Positions 9,407 through 18,621 of a stretch of 64,000 nt of DNA are shown in pieces (position 1 is the first letter of the stretch; the number at the start of each line of letters is the position of its first letter). The DNA is from Methylomonas sp. (GTDB taxonomy: Bacteria > Pseudomonadota > Gammaproteobacteria > Methylococcales > Methylomonadaceae). The translations under genes were made by a program, and so were the position numbers. The stretch lies in NCBI RefSeq assembly GCF_023228165.1, contig NZ_JALOBS010000005.1, positions 82,264 to 146,263 of the forward strand, read 5' to 3'. The notes beneath the pieces were generated by a model. The model saw only the letters and a program-made list of their open reading frames with translations, had not been told where the DNA came from and did no database searches.

Positions 9407-9826
9407 CTAACTGCCTTTTTTTCTAAAAACACAAATCCCACCATACAGTAAGTGGGATAAGCCGGCATATAAAAACACTTGTTGATAGTTTTCATCAATT
9501 TCAACCTGATTGACCGCGGCATAATATTCCAGAGATAAAATCAGTATCAAAAAAAAGGCGCCTAAGGCCACAATAGCAGCATAATTACTGCTCATTTGAT
9601 AGAAACCATAGACTGCAATTTGCACTAAACAAAGATATATCAATATCAATCGCAAATTATTTGCCAACGGCCCGTATAAATCGCTAGTATTTTCAAAAAA
9701 AAATTCGCTACCGGTCAAAGACAATACACTGGCCAGCAAAATTAAAATAACGGAGGCATTAAAATTAACCTGTAAAACGATCTGCAAAATGGTTAAGGGA
9801 GCGAAAGATACTGAACGGGTATTCAT
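9407..9826 (-). CDS. Hypothetical 4-TM membrane protein
   Basis: 139 aa hydrophobic ORF with a GAGG RBS upstream. Confidence 0.7.
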   Translation of the reverse strand: MNTRSVSFAPLTILQIVLQVNFNASVILILLASVLSLTGSEFFFENTSDLYGPLANNLRLILIYLCLVQIAVYGFYQMSSNYAAIVALGAFFLILILSLEYYAAVNQVEIDENYQQVFLYAGLSHLLYGGICVFRKKGS

Positions 9827-9845
9827 GGCTGATACCTCTTATTTG

Positions 9846-9884
9846 AAAAAAATACCCTCCCTGAGTACTGCAATGGGAGGGTAT
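9846..9884 (-). terminator. Rho-independent terminator after ftsH
   Basis: 10-bp stem ATACCCTCCC/GGGAGGGTAT followed on the minus strand by a T7 run. Confidence 0.75.
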
Positions 9885-9898
9885 ATAGAGGAGGACGG

Positions 9899-11800
9899 TT
9901 ATGAGGTCGTGACAGGTTCTTCAGAAATTGATTCCGCTTGGCCATCATCAAGCTCATATTCAGTTACAAGCGGCTCGGGCTCGGGTTCCGGCTCGGGTGG
10001 CGCTATGGTTTTGCCCTGCAATAACTCATCGATCTGATATTTATCGATGGTTTCCCAATCCAGTAGCGCATGCGCCATGTTATGGAGAATTTCGATATTG
10101 TCTTTCAGGATGGTTTCTGCACGGTTGTAATTGCTATCAATCACTGCACGAATTTCTTCGTCGATGGTTTCCGCCATTTTTTGCGACATTGGCTTGGATT
10201 GCGGCCCCATGTAGCCGCCTTCGTTATCACCATAATCCATTGGCCCCAGCTTGTCGGAAAGACCCCACTTTGTGACCATGTTTCTGGCCAACTGCGTGGC
10301 ACGCATGATGTCGTTCGAGGCGCCCGTGGTAACCTTGTTCTTACCGTAAATCAAAGCCTCTGCCACCCGACCGCCAAACAAGCTGGCAATTTGACTTTCC
10401 AATTTGTCCTTACTGGCGCTGTATTGATCCCGCTCCGGTAAGAACATGGTAATACCGAGCGCCCCACCGCGCGGCATGATGCTGACTTTATAGACCGGGT
10501 CGTGTTCAGGCACCATGCGACCGACGATGGCGTGGCCCGCTTCGTGGTAGGCTGTCATCAACAAATCTTCTCGCCTCATTACCATGGTACGTTTTTCCGC
10601 GCCCATGATCATTTTGTCGCGGGCTTTGTCCAGATCGTTCATGCTGACCACGCGTTTGCTGTTCCGTGCGGCAAACAAAGCGCCTTCGTTGATCAGATTG
10701 GCCAATTCAGCCCCGGAAAATCCTGGGGTGCCGCGGGCCAGATCGGTGATATTCACATCGTCGGCCAAAGGTACCCGTTCGCCGTGTACCTTAAGAATTT
10801 GTTCACGGCCCTTGATATCAGGCAAACCGACCTGGACTTGACGATCAAACCGGCCCGGCCTTAACAAGGCTTTGTCGAGCACATCCGCACGGTTGGTGGC
10901 GGCAATCACGATAATGCCTTCATTGCCGCTGAAACCGTCCATTTCGACCAACAACTGGTTCAAGGTTTGTTCGCGTTCGTCATTACCGCCACCCACGCCT
11001 GCACCACCGCGCTGACGGCCGACTGCATCGATCTCATCAATGAATATGATGCAGGGCGCGCGTTTTTTGGCCTGCTCGAACATGTCTCGTACCCTCGAGG
11101 CGCCGACACCCACAAACATTTCCACAAAGTCGGAACCCGATATAGAGAAGAATGGTACCCCTGCTTCACCGGCTATGGCCCGCGCCAGCAAGGTTTTACC
11201 GGTACCTGGCGGCCCAACCATCAATACACCGCGGGGAATTTTGCCTCCCAAGGCTTCATATTTGCCGGGGTCTTTCAGGAAATCCACCATTTCAACCACG
11301 TCTTCCTTGGCTTCTTCCACCCCGGCAACGTCTTTAAAACGCACCTTGACCTGGTCTTCTTCCATCAATTTGGCGCGGCTTTTACCGAAACCCATTTGTC
11401 CGTCACGCCCACCGGCCATCGAGGACTGTTTGCGCATGAAGTAGATCAGCACCGCGATCAATAACAAAGTCGGCGCCCAGGAGATGAGAATATTCATCAG
11501 GGTGGATGGCGGTTCCGGTTTTTCGACCTTGATTTTGACACCGTATTCCAACAACTCGTCAATCATGCGCATATCGTTGGGATTATAAGTAGAAAAACGG
11601 CTGCCGTTATTGCGCTTACCGTCGACATTATTCCCATCTATGACCACTTCGGTCACCACTTTATTACGCACATCCTCGATAAAATCGGAATAGGAAATTT
11701 CGTAATGCGGATCGTATTCGGGCATGTTTCGATTGAATATCGAAGAAACCACTATCCCAATCGCCGCAACAATTACGACAAAAAATAAAATTTTCTTCAT
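9899..11800 (-). CDS. ftsH: ATP-dependent zinc metalloprotease FtsH (probable paralogue)
   Basis: Two N-terminal TMs, Walker A GPPGTGKT, Walker [27 protein letters not shown] zinc motif. Confidence 0.97.
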   Translation of the reverse strand: MKKILFFVVIVAAIGIVVSSIFNRNMPEYDPHYEISYSDFIEDVRNKVVTEVVIDGNNVDGKRNNGSRFSTYNPNDMRMIDELLEYGVKIKVEKPEPPSTLMNILISWAPTLLLIAVLIYFMRKQSSMAGGRDGQMGFGKSRAKLMEEDQVKVRFKDVAGVEEAKEDVVEMVDFLKDPGKYEALGGKIPRGVLMVGPPGTGKTLLARAIAGEAGVPFFSISGSDFVEMFVGVGASRVRDMFEQAKKRAPCIIFIDEIDAVGRQRGGAGVGGGNDEREQTLNQLLVEMDGFSGNEGIIVIAATNRADVLDKALLRPGRFDRQVQVGLPDIKGREQILKVHGERVPLADDVNITDLARGTPGFSGAELANLINEGALFAARNSKRVVSMNDLDKARDKMIMGAEKRTMVMRREDLLMTAYHEAGHAIVGRMVPEHDPVYKVSIMPRGGALGITMFLPERDQYSASKDKLESQIASLFGGRVAEALIYGKNKVTTGASNDIMRATQLARNMVTKWGLSDKLGPMDYGDNEGGYMGPQSKPMSQKMAETIDEEIRAVIDSNYNRAETILKDNIEILHNMAHALLDWETIDKYQIDELLQGKTIAPPEPEPEPEPLVTEYELDDGQAESISEEPVTTS

Positions 11801-11817
11801 GATTAGGTTCTCCTAAC

Positions 11818-12678
11818 TCACTTTTCGCTGGAGAAATATTTGAAAAAATCGGAGTTCGGCTTTAACACCAACGTATCCTGGGTATTTTCAAATGACGCTT
11901 GATAGGCCTGCAAGCTACGATGGAAGGCATAAAACTCAGGGTTTTTTCCATAGCTTTTCGCATAAATTTCGGCGGATTCCGCATCGCCGCGACCCCGAAC
12001 ATTTTCTGCTTCGCGCTGGGCATTGGCTACGATGACATGTCTTTGCTTATCGGCTTCCGCACTGATCAATTCCGCGCTTTCAGCGCCTTGCGATCTAAAC
12101 TCTCTGGCTACCCGTTCGCGTTCCGCTCGCATACGTTGAAATACCGAGCTACTGACTTCCGGCGGTAAATCGATGCGTTTAATGCGAATATCGATCAGCT
12201 CAATGCCAAATTTTTTAGCCGTGGGCGACAATTTCTCCAACAAAGTATCGCGCAGTTCGCTACGGTCTTCCGAGATCAACTGTTTGATGTTACGTATGCC
12301 GAATTCGCTACGCATGGCATCTTTCATGATCTGATCGAGGCGCAGATTGGCTTGAAACTCATCGCCGCCGACCGTGGTGTAAAAAAGACCCACATCACCG
12401 ATTCGCCACTTGACGAACGAGTCAACAATAACGTTCTTCTTTTCGGAGGTAAGAAAACGCTCGGATTTAGCATCCAAGGTCAGCACGCGCGCATCAAACA
12501 TACTGACATTATTGATGAAGGGGGTCTTAAAATGGAGTCCGGGCTTTAAATCAGTGGTAACGATTTCTCCCAGACGAAATAAAATGGCTCTCTCATGTTC
12601 ATTAACATGAAAAACCGACATGGCGGCCAATCCCAAAAACGCCAGACTGACCGGAAAAATGACTTGTGCTTTGTTCAT
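11818..12678 (-). CDS. hflC: FtsH modulator HflC (SPFH)
   Basis: PGLHFKTPF, LTSEKKNVIVDSFVKWRI, RMRAERER, PEFYAFHRSLQAY. Confidence 0.95.
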   Translation of the reverse strand: MNKAQVIFPVSLAFLGLAAMSVFHVNEHERAILFRLGEIVTTDLKPGLHFKTPFINNVSMFDARVLTLDAKSERFLTSEKKNVIVDSFVKWRIGDVGLFYTTVGGDEFQANLRLDQIMKDAMRSEFGIRNIKQLISEDRSELRDTLLEKLSPTAKKFGIELIDIRIKRIDLPPEVSSSVFQRMRAERERVAREFRSQGAESAELISAEADKQRHVIVANAQREAENVRGRGDAESAEIYAKSYGKNPEFYAFHRSLQAYQASFENTQDTLVLKPNSDFFKYFSSEK

Positions 12679-13841
12679 TATCTGCTCCTGCTTGGACGCA
12701 ATTCATTGGACGCTGAATTACGCGCGTGGTTTTTAACCGCATTATGGTGCTCAACGTTCAATTCAGGTTCGTTGGCTGCGGCACCGGAAGGCGCCTGAGG
12801 AGCCGACATCTGTTGTAACGGCATGTAAAGCGCGGGCGGTTGATCAGTATCGACCACGATCTTGTTGGTCGAGCTGTACAATTTTTCCTTAGCTTCCAAA
12901 TACAAACGTTTACGGGTAATAGCAGGGTTTTTCTCGTATTCAACCAGCAATTGATCGAAGCGTTCGGTCTCACCCTTTGCTTTCGCCACTTTTTCAGCCG
13001 AATACCCTTCCGCTTCCTGTAGAATACGGGCTGCCGCACCACGCGCTTTAGGGATAATTTCGTTGCTGTAAGCTTCAGCTTCGTTGATCAGACGCTGTTT
13101 GTCTTCTCTGGCGCGAATCGCATCTTCGAAAGCGCCCTGCACTTCTTCCGGTGGCTGGGCGTCTTGCAAATTGACGCTGGCTACAATAACGCCGCCCTTG
13201 TACTCATCCATGGCCTGCTGGATATCGGTTTTGATTTCCGCCACGATTTGGCTGCGGCCTTCGGTTAGCACATAGTCCATATTGTTTCTGCCGATCACAC
13301 CCCGCAACACGCTTTCCGTCAACTGTTTCAGGGTATGTTCGTTATTTTTGACATTGAACAGATAATCCCTGGCACTGTTGATTTGATATTGCACCGCCAA
13401 ACGAACCGCGATGATGTTTTCGTCGCTGGTCAACATTAAAGATTCTTGTGGAATCACGGAAGACTTGCTGACTCTAGCCGAATCGCTATAGCCCACTTCT
13501 ATAAATCGCTGTTGTTCGACATTCACCACGCTGACCGATTCAATCGGTAACGGAATATGCCAGTGAGGGCCCGGCATGGTAGTTTCGGTATAAGCGCCAA
13601 AACGAGTGACCACACCACGATTACCCTGATCGATAATATAAATACCGCTGATCAGCCAGCCCAAAACCAAAGAACCGCCCAGCACACTCGCGACTTTTGA
13701 CAGGGAAAACATATTTTCATGTGCGTGGTAAAAATCCACGGTCTTATCGGAAATGGCTTTCCATTGTTTTTCAAACTCCATTTTCCAATCCGGCGGCGGC
13801 GTTTGTTTATCGGTGTTGTGGTTTTCTGAAGACATAGTCAC
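12678..13841 (-). CDS. hflK: FtsH modulator HflK (SPFH)
   Basis: GVVTRFG, PGPHWHIP, MLTSDENI, QPPEEVQGAFEDAIRARED, RKRLYLE. Confidence 0.95.
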   Translation of the reverse strand: MTMSSENHNTDKQTPPPDWKMEFEKQWKAISDKTVDFYHAHENMFSLSKVASVLGGSLVLGWLISGIYIIDQGNRGVVTRFGAYTETTMPGPHWHIPLPIESVSVVNVEQQRFIEVGYSDSARVSKSSVIPQESLMLTSDENIIAVRLAVQYQINSARDYLFNVKNNEHTLKQLTESVLRGVIGRNNMDYVLTEGRSQIVAEIKTDIQQAMDEYKGGVIVASVNLQDAQPPEEVQGAFEDAIRAREDKQRLINEAEAYSNEIIPKARGAAARILQEAEGYSAEKVAKAKGETERFDQLLVEYEKNPAITRKRLYLEAKEKLYSSTNKIVVDTDQPPALYMPLQQMSAPQAPSGAAANEPELNVEHHNAVKNHARNSASNELRPSRSR

Positions 13842-13916
13842 TCCTCTCGTTACGTAGATAGCCTAACCTCGGCATTCGTTGTTATTTTTAGCAAATACTG
13901 GCTGATTTAGATACAT

Positions 13917-13968
13917 TATTTCTTGATTCGAAACAAAAATGAGGTATTTCCTGATTCGAAACAAAAAT
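13917..13968. repeat. 24-bp direct repeat at 28-bp period upstream of hflK; each copy holds a (T/C)TGAT-N4-AACAA FNR-like box
   Basis: tatttcttgattcgaaacaaaaat (13917-13940) and tatttcctgattcgaaacaaaaat (13945-13968), one mismatch. Confidence 0.85.
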
Positions 13969-13978
13969 ACAGAGTGTT

Positions 13979-15247
13979 TTAAGTATCTTTTGGTTCCAAA
14001 AACAGCATAAGGTCAAACCCAAATTGTTGTTTTAATTTTTGCAAAGCTTCGTTTTGAATTTGTCTGACGCGTTCCCGAGTCACTTGTAACTGATCCGCAA
14101 CGGCCTGCAAAGTCATTTCGGTATGATTTTTTAAGCCGAACCGCATCGCTAAAATGACGGCCTGTTTTTCGGGTAAGGTGGCCACAGCCCTATCCATATA
14201 ACTCGCCAGATCGTTATCGATCAGGTCTTCCAACGGCAAACTAAATTGCTGCTGCTGCATTTTTTCCATTATGGACATACCATCGTCTTCTTCATTGGTG
14301 CTTGCATCCTGCATGTAAGTCGATTGATAGTAACTGCTGATGGTCTTGATTTCTTGTTCGGATAAATCGCAGCTGGCTTTCAATTCGGCAAATGTGGGCC
14401 ACCGCTCGTGTTGCAAATAAGTGGTACGCATTACTTCAAATAGGGGAGAGGATTTCTCAGCCAGTGCAACCGGCAACGGCACCGCTTTTTCTTGCTTGAC
14501 GATCAATCTTGAAATCGCTTGCCGGACCCAATAAATGGCATAGGTTGAAAAACAATTGCCCCGCTCGGGGTCAAAGCGGTCGACCGCTTTGATCAATCCC
14601 ACCATGCCTTCCTGCATCAAGTCGTCAAAACTTAAGGAAACGGTTCTATATTTATGCGCCACAAACGCCACCAAGCCGGTATTACTGGCAATCATTTCCT
14701 GGCGCAGTCGTTTAAGCTGGTATCTTAGCTCGCGCAAACGGACCTTATAATCAGGCGCCAATTCGCTCAGCAACCCTAGATTATTTTCGACAAACCCACT
14801 CGTTTCAAGCAGATAAATCGCTAGAAAATGCAATTCCCGCAAAAGCCCGTAGGCAGCCGCTGAAATCTCAACCCGTTCACTCGGCATATGACTTAAAACT
14901 TGTACAAGCCTATAATCCTGTACAACATTGTATCTGTTAACCGGCCTAACCTCGCTCAAAACGCTATCGAAAAACGCCTCTTGATTGGCAAACTCAGCTA
15001 CAAACCGGCGTAAGGAGTCCTTGTAGTTGTCGTTGTTCTTAACCAGCAATATGTCCGAATATTCGGTGCCTTTATGTAAGTCCAACAGCAACTGCCTGAC
15101 GATAAAACCAGCCACCTGATTGTTTTCCAACAAGAAATCAAGCAACTGCTGACGCGCTTTTTCGACACGGCAAGCCAGAATCACGGGTTCGGACTCGCTA
15201 GCAAGACGACCGACCGATTGGGTAACTACTTCGGGGAGTGCTGACAT
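13979..15247 (-). CDS. Alternative sigma-70 family factor (RpoD/RpoS-like, regions 2-4)
   Basis: Region 2 DLMQEGMVGLIKAVDRFDPERGNCFSTYAIYWVRQAI; region 4 HTH TLQAVADQLQVTRERVRQIQ; atypical N-terminus. Confidence 0.9.
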   Translation of the reverse strand: MSALPEVVTQSVGRLASESEPVILACRVEKARQQLLDFLLENNQVAGFIVRQLLLDLHKGTEYSDILLVKNNDNYKDSLRRFVAEFANQEAFFDSVLSEVRPVNRYNVVQDYRLVQVLSHMPSERVEISAAAYGLLRELHFLAIYLLETSGFVENNLGLLSELAPDYKVRLRELRYQLKRLRQEMIASNTGLVAFVAHKYRTVSLSFDDLMQEGMVGLIKAVDRFDPERGNCFSTYAIYWVRQAISRLIVKQEKAVPLPVALAEKSSPLFEVMRTTYLQHERWPTFAELKASCDLSEQEIKTISSYYQSTYMQDASTNEEDDGMSIMEKMQQQQFSLPLEDLIDNDLASYMDRAVATLPEKQAVILAMRFGLKNHTEMTLQAVADQLQVTRERVRQIQNEALQKLKQQFGFDLMLFLEPKDT

Positions 15248-15282
15248 TGGTTTTTACCGGATTAAATATTAGGTTGGAATCG

Positions 15283-15311
15283 AAGATACAATGCTGTAGA
15301 ATTTTTGTCAA
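15283..15311 (-). promoter_or_regulatory. Sigma-70-type promoter of the sigma gene, overlapped by putative CarH operator repeats
   Basis: Minus strand TTGACA (15311-15306)-N17-TATCTT (15288-15283); TTGACA and TCTACA (15300-15295) are TnnACA motifs 11 bp apart. Confidence 0.6.
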
Positions 15312-15338
15312 ACTTATTTTAGTACAAAACATAAACAA

Positions 15339-16241
15339 ATGTATTCAATTAAAGCAATCACATCCTTAACCGGCCTGACAGCGGAAACTTTGAGAGCCTG
15401 GGAGCGTCGCTATGATTGCATTACCCCAAAACGCAACGAGAATGGCCGCCGGTCCTATTCCCAAATGGATTTGGAAAAACTCAAGTTGTTAGTTAATTTG
15501 ACTCGAAACGGCCACGGCATCAGTAAAATTGCTAACCTGACCTGCGAGCAATTGCGCCATTATCAGAACCAATCACCTGAACAAAACGACCAACAGCAAA
15601 CGATTTTGTTCAATCAGTTGGTGGATGCCTTGCAAAATTACCGTATCGAACGCTGCGAGCAATTGTTGAAACGCGCGCAACTGGCCTACGAACCTCTGGA
15701 CTATGCCAGAGACGTTTTATTACCCGCATTGCATTTAATCGGCCAACTCTGGCACGAAGAGAAAATCAATATTGCCCAGGAACACATGTTTTGTAATTGT
15801 GTAAAACGCATCGTGCTGACCATGGTGAATAATCTGCATCATCCCTCCAAGCAGAACCCTTCCATGTTATTCGCCACGCCCAGCGGCGAACCCCACGAAT
15901 TCGGAATATTGCTAGGTTGCCTGGTGGCGGCGGCCCAACAATACACTTGCTACTACGTAGGCCCGGATCTTCCCAGCCTGGATATTATCGATGCCAGCCA
16001 GCATCTAAAACCGTCCGTTATAGTACTGGGCGTGGTTAAAAATCCGCCGGAAAAACAAACCCTGTTACAACTCGACCAATTGGTCGGTTTTGCCGAAACC
16101 GGCGCAACCAAACTTTGGCTGGCCGGCGCTGGTGCCGAATACTGGTTCAATTTACATCAATCACCGCCAGCGGGATGCGAGTGGATTGCCAACATCGACC
16201 AATTCCACGCCAAAGCCCAGCAACATCACTTTTTTAGATAA
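15339..16241 (+). CDS. carH: MerR-family cobalamin-dependent photoreceptor/repressor, CarH/LitR type
   Basis: MerR HTH (TLRAWERRY, R.ENGRRSY), W-x9-EH (WHEEKINIAQEH) and E-x-H-x-x-G (EPHEFG) B12 motifs. Confidence 0.88.
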   Translation: MYSIKAITSLTGLTAETLRAWERRYDCITPKRNENGRRSYSQMDLEKLKLLVNLTRNGHGISKIANLTCEQLRHYQNQSPEQNDQQQTILFNQLVDALQNYRIERCEQLLKRAQLAYEPLDYARDVLLPALHLIGQLWHEEKINIAQEHMFCNCVKRIVLTMVNNLHHPSKQNPSMLFATPSGEPHEFGILLGCLVAAAQQYTCYYVGPDLPSLDIIDASQHLKPSVIVLGVVKNPPEKQTLLQLDQLVGFAETGATKLWLAGAGAEYWFNLHQSPPAGCEWIANIDQFHAKAQQHHFFR

Positions 16242-16320
16242 GGCTAATTTTAGCCGTCTTGACATTCGCAACCGGCCAATCCAGACTCGGGCACCATAAC
16301 TACTAAAAAAGAGGTGTGCT

Positions 16321-16854
16321 ATGAGACGTTTTGTCATGTTTTCGTTATTGAGTGTTTTGAGCTTGCACAACCCTTCAGCCCTAGCGGCAGGCAATTATCA
16401 ATTTGAACCCGGCGATACGGTATTGACCAATTGCCACCAAATCTACACCAAGGGTACGGTTAAGGCCCAGGTCGACGATGGCTACACCATACATTTTCCG
16501 AAAAAAAGCGGCCCCATTAACTGCCCGCCTTTCCGTTGGCATGCCGAATATGTATTGCCTTATCAATCCGTACCGGAATACCGCCTGCAATTTTTTGGCG
16601 GTTTAAAGGCGGACAAAGTGTTTCGCGTCGGAGAAACCGTCACGCTGCGCTTCGACGCCGATAAGCGCATCATCCAAAACAAGGATACGGTGGATATTGA
16701 GGCCGAAATTACCGACATTAGCGACAACGGCGCCGTTGCATTGAAACTGCTCAGCACCGATCCGGAATCAGCCGCCATGTTTTGGAAATGGGTAGGCAGT
16801 AATTACGTGGACTTACGCCATGAGGCCCTGGCGGCGGAACGGAATAAACGCTAG
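16321..16854 (+). CDS. Hypothetical exported protein
   Basis: Signal-peptide-like N-terminus ending ALA; GAGG RBS; beta-rich body. Confidence 0.7.
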   Translation: MRRFVMFSLLSVLSLHNPSALAAGNYQFEPGDTVLTNCHQIYTKGTVKAQVDDGYTIHFPKKSGPINCPPFRWHAEYVLPYQSVPEYRLQFFGGLKADKVFRVGETVTLRFDADKRIIQNKDTVDIEAEITDISDNGAVALKLLSTDPESAAMFWKWVGSNYVDLRHEALAAERNKR

Positions 16855-17101
16855 GAAGTGGGAGGCCTGGCTGTGCAGTCGGGCCTTAAAGAATGGCGTA
16901 TTGATGCGGGTGACCGAAATACCGGCTAATTTTATGACGGCCAAAATTCAAAATCACAAAATTGAGACATACATACGCCAGGGCCTGCTGGGTTTGATTT
17001 CGAACCCCTTTGACCCGATGGGCTTGTCACACACATCAACAGCATCCGGCAAGCACATCCCCATTAACCGCCTTTGCGACGCGACACTTCGTCTGGTTCG
17101 G

Positions 17102-17905
17102 CTATTTATTGGTACACGGCGACAGCTGGATAGCCGACGACTCGTACTGCGTTAAGCTAGCTTTGTCCAACATAAGCTTGGCAAACCATTGCGATTGAGT
17201 CTTGTCGCGCTGCCTGATTTCAGAGGTTATGCCACGGGCGGCCAGTTGGGTTTTAAATAAAACCGCCCTCGCTTTATCGTTAAAAACACCTAAGGAAAAC
17301 GCGCCTTTTTTATCCCCCTCTTGAATCATCCAAATATCGAGCAGGCCTTTGTCTTTTAAGAAAAACTTGTCGCTGCGGGATTGTTCGGACGTTTTAGCGG
17401 CCGGGTAATAGACTTGAAAATCGCTGCCGGTAATTTTGTCTCTTGCCAGGATTTGTTTACTGCTCAAGGCTTTTTGCGCCAACCATTGTTGGGCGTTCGC
17501 TTCGTCCTGAAAAGGACCGGCTTCAAAACACTTGCGGACGATAAGCGGTTGAATCGGTTGCAGCGGTTTTTCGGGTTGAATTTCTTTAACCACGGGGCGA
17601 GGCTTAAGCGGTTGTTCAGTTTTTTTAGCCGGCAAATACCCTACCGGGCCCCGCAGACCGGCCAACATATACTCGACGTCAGCCAGCTGCCAGCGTCTGA
17701 TATCCTCTTCTACCAGTGTAGAAATTCGGGAACCGCGCAGTGCCCGCCTATATTCTTCGACGGTTAACAGGTTAACGCCAGACTGCGTTTCCCGCGCAAC
17801 CACCGGACTCAGTTTTCCCGAATGAAATTGCCACAGAAAAAAACCCAGATTCAATACACAGAGCAGAAAAAACAGCGGCTTCACAAGTTCGGTTCTCCCC
17901 GGCAA
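17102..17905 (-). CDS. SPOR-domain protein
   Basis: N-terminal TM; C-terminal CFEAGPF and FSLGVFND..A; the usual neighbour of birA-coaX. Confidence 0.75.
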   Translation of the reverse strand: MPGRTELVKPLFFLLCVLNLGFFLWQFHSGKLSPVVARETQSGVNLLTVEEYRRALRGSRISTLVEEDIRRWQLADVEYMLAGLRGPVGYLPAKKTEQPLKPRPVVKEIQPEKPLQPIQPLIVRKCFEAGPFQDEANAQQWLAQKALSSKQILARDKITGSDFQVYYPAAKTSEQSRSDKFFLKDKGLLDIWMIQEGDKKGAFSLGVFNDKARAVLFKTQLAARGITSEIRQRDKTQSQWFAKLMLDKASLTQYESSAIQLSPCTNK

Positions 17906-18621
17906 AAAATCGACAAGCCTTTTAACACCAAGTCCTGATCGAGCAAATACGGCATGGTTAATGAAGGGGCTACGTCGGCAGCGTCGCCACCGGTCAACAG
18001 CAAGCGATAGCCGACATCCAGTTTATCCAGCGCACTCACTATCAGCCCGGTTACGGCTAAGAAGACCCCATTGGCAATAGCGGCATCCGTCGCCGTACCC
18101 AACTCGTTACGATAATGACGATTGGTAAAAGTCAAATCGGCGGTATTGGACACCAGGGCTTGCTTCATCAGGGTTAACCCTGGACAGATCAAGCCGCCCA
18201 AATGTCTGCCGTCGGCCTGTAACGCGTCAACCGTCACGGCGGTTCCGCAATCTACCACACACACATTCCCGGGAAAAAAATTATGGGCCGCTATCATCGC
18301 CAACCAGCGATCGATGCCGAGTTTTTCCGGTTGCTCATAAGCATTATGCACTCCAAAAGCCGAACGGGACGATTGCGGGGTCACCAACCGGCTTTGCGGC
18401 CATAATTTTCGACTCAGCTGGATAAGACAATCGCACATCTGTTTATTGGAAACCGAGCCGATGGCCACGTTCCGCGGCACGCTAATTCCCAGCCAAGCCT
18501 GCTGAAGATGGGTTAAAAAATCAGGCTGGCGATAATCGCACGCGTGGCTAAGATACATGCGGCCTTGATTTTCAAGCCCCCATTTAAGACGGGTATTACC
18601 GATGTCCAACAATAAATTCAT
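17881..18621 (-). CDS. coaX: Type III pantothenate kinase
   Basis: LLDIGNTRLKW, LGIDRW, VVDCGTAVTVD, HLGGLICPG, LLTGGDA. Confidence 0.95.
   Translation of the reverse strand: MNLLLDIGNTRLKWGLENQGRMYLSHACDYRQPDFLTHLQQAWLGISVPRNVAIGSVSNKQMCDCLIQLSRKLWPQSRLVTPQSSRSAFGVHNAYEQPEKLGIDRWLAMIAAHNFFPGNVCVVDCGTAVTVDALQADGRHLGGLICPGLTLMKQALVSNTADLTFTNRHYRNELGTATDAAIANGVFLAVTGLIVSALDKLDVGYRLLLTGGDAADVAPSLTMPYLLDQDLVLKGLSIFCRGEPNL

Noticed and set aside
9967-10000. Short GGCTCG-type repeats
   Set aside because: They encode the PEPEPEPEP linker at the FtsH C-terminus and are not an independent repeat element
16820-17155. 111-aa plus-strand ORF and a GGGTT..TTCGAACCC hairpin (16990-17007) where tRNAs often follow birA-coaX-SPOR
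   Set aside because: The ORF overlaps both neighbours and has no recognisable motif; no cloverleaf or CCA can be built around the hairpin
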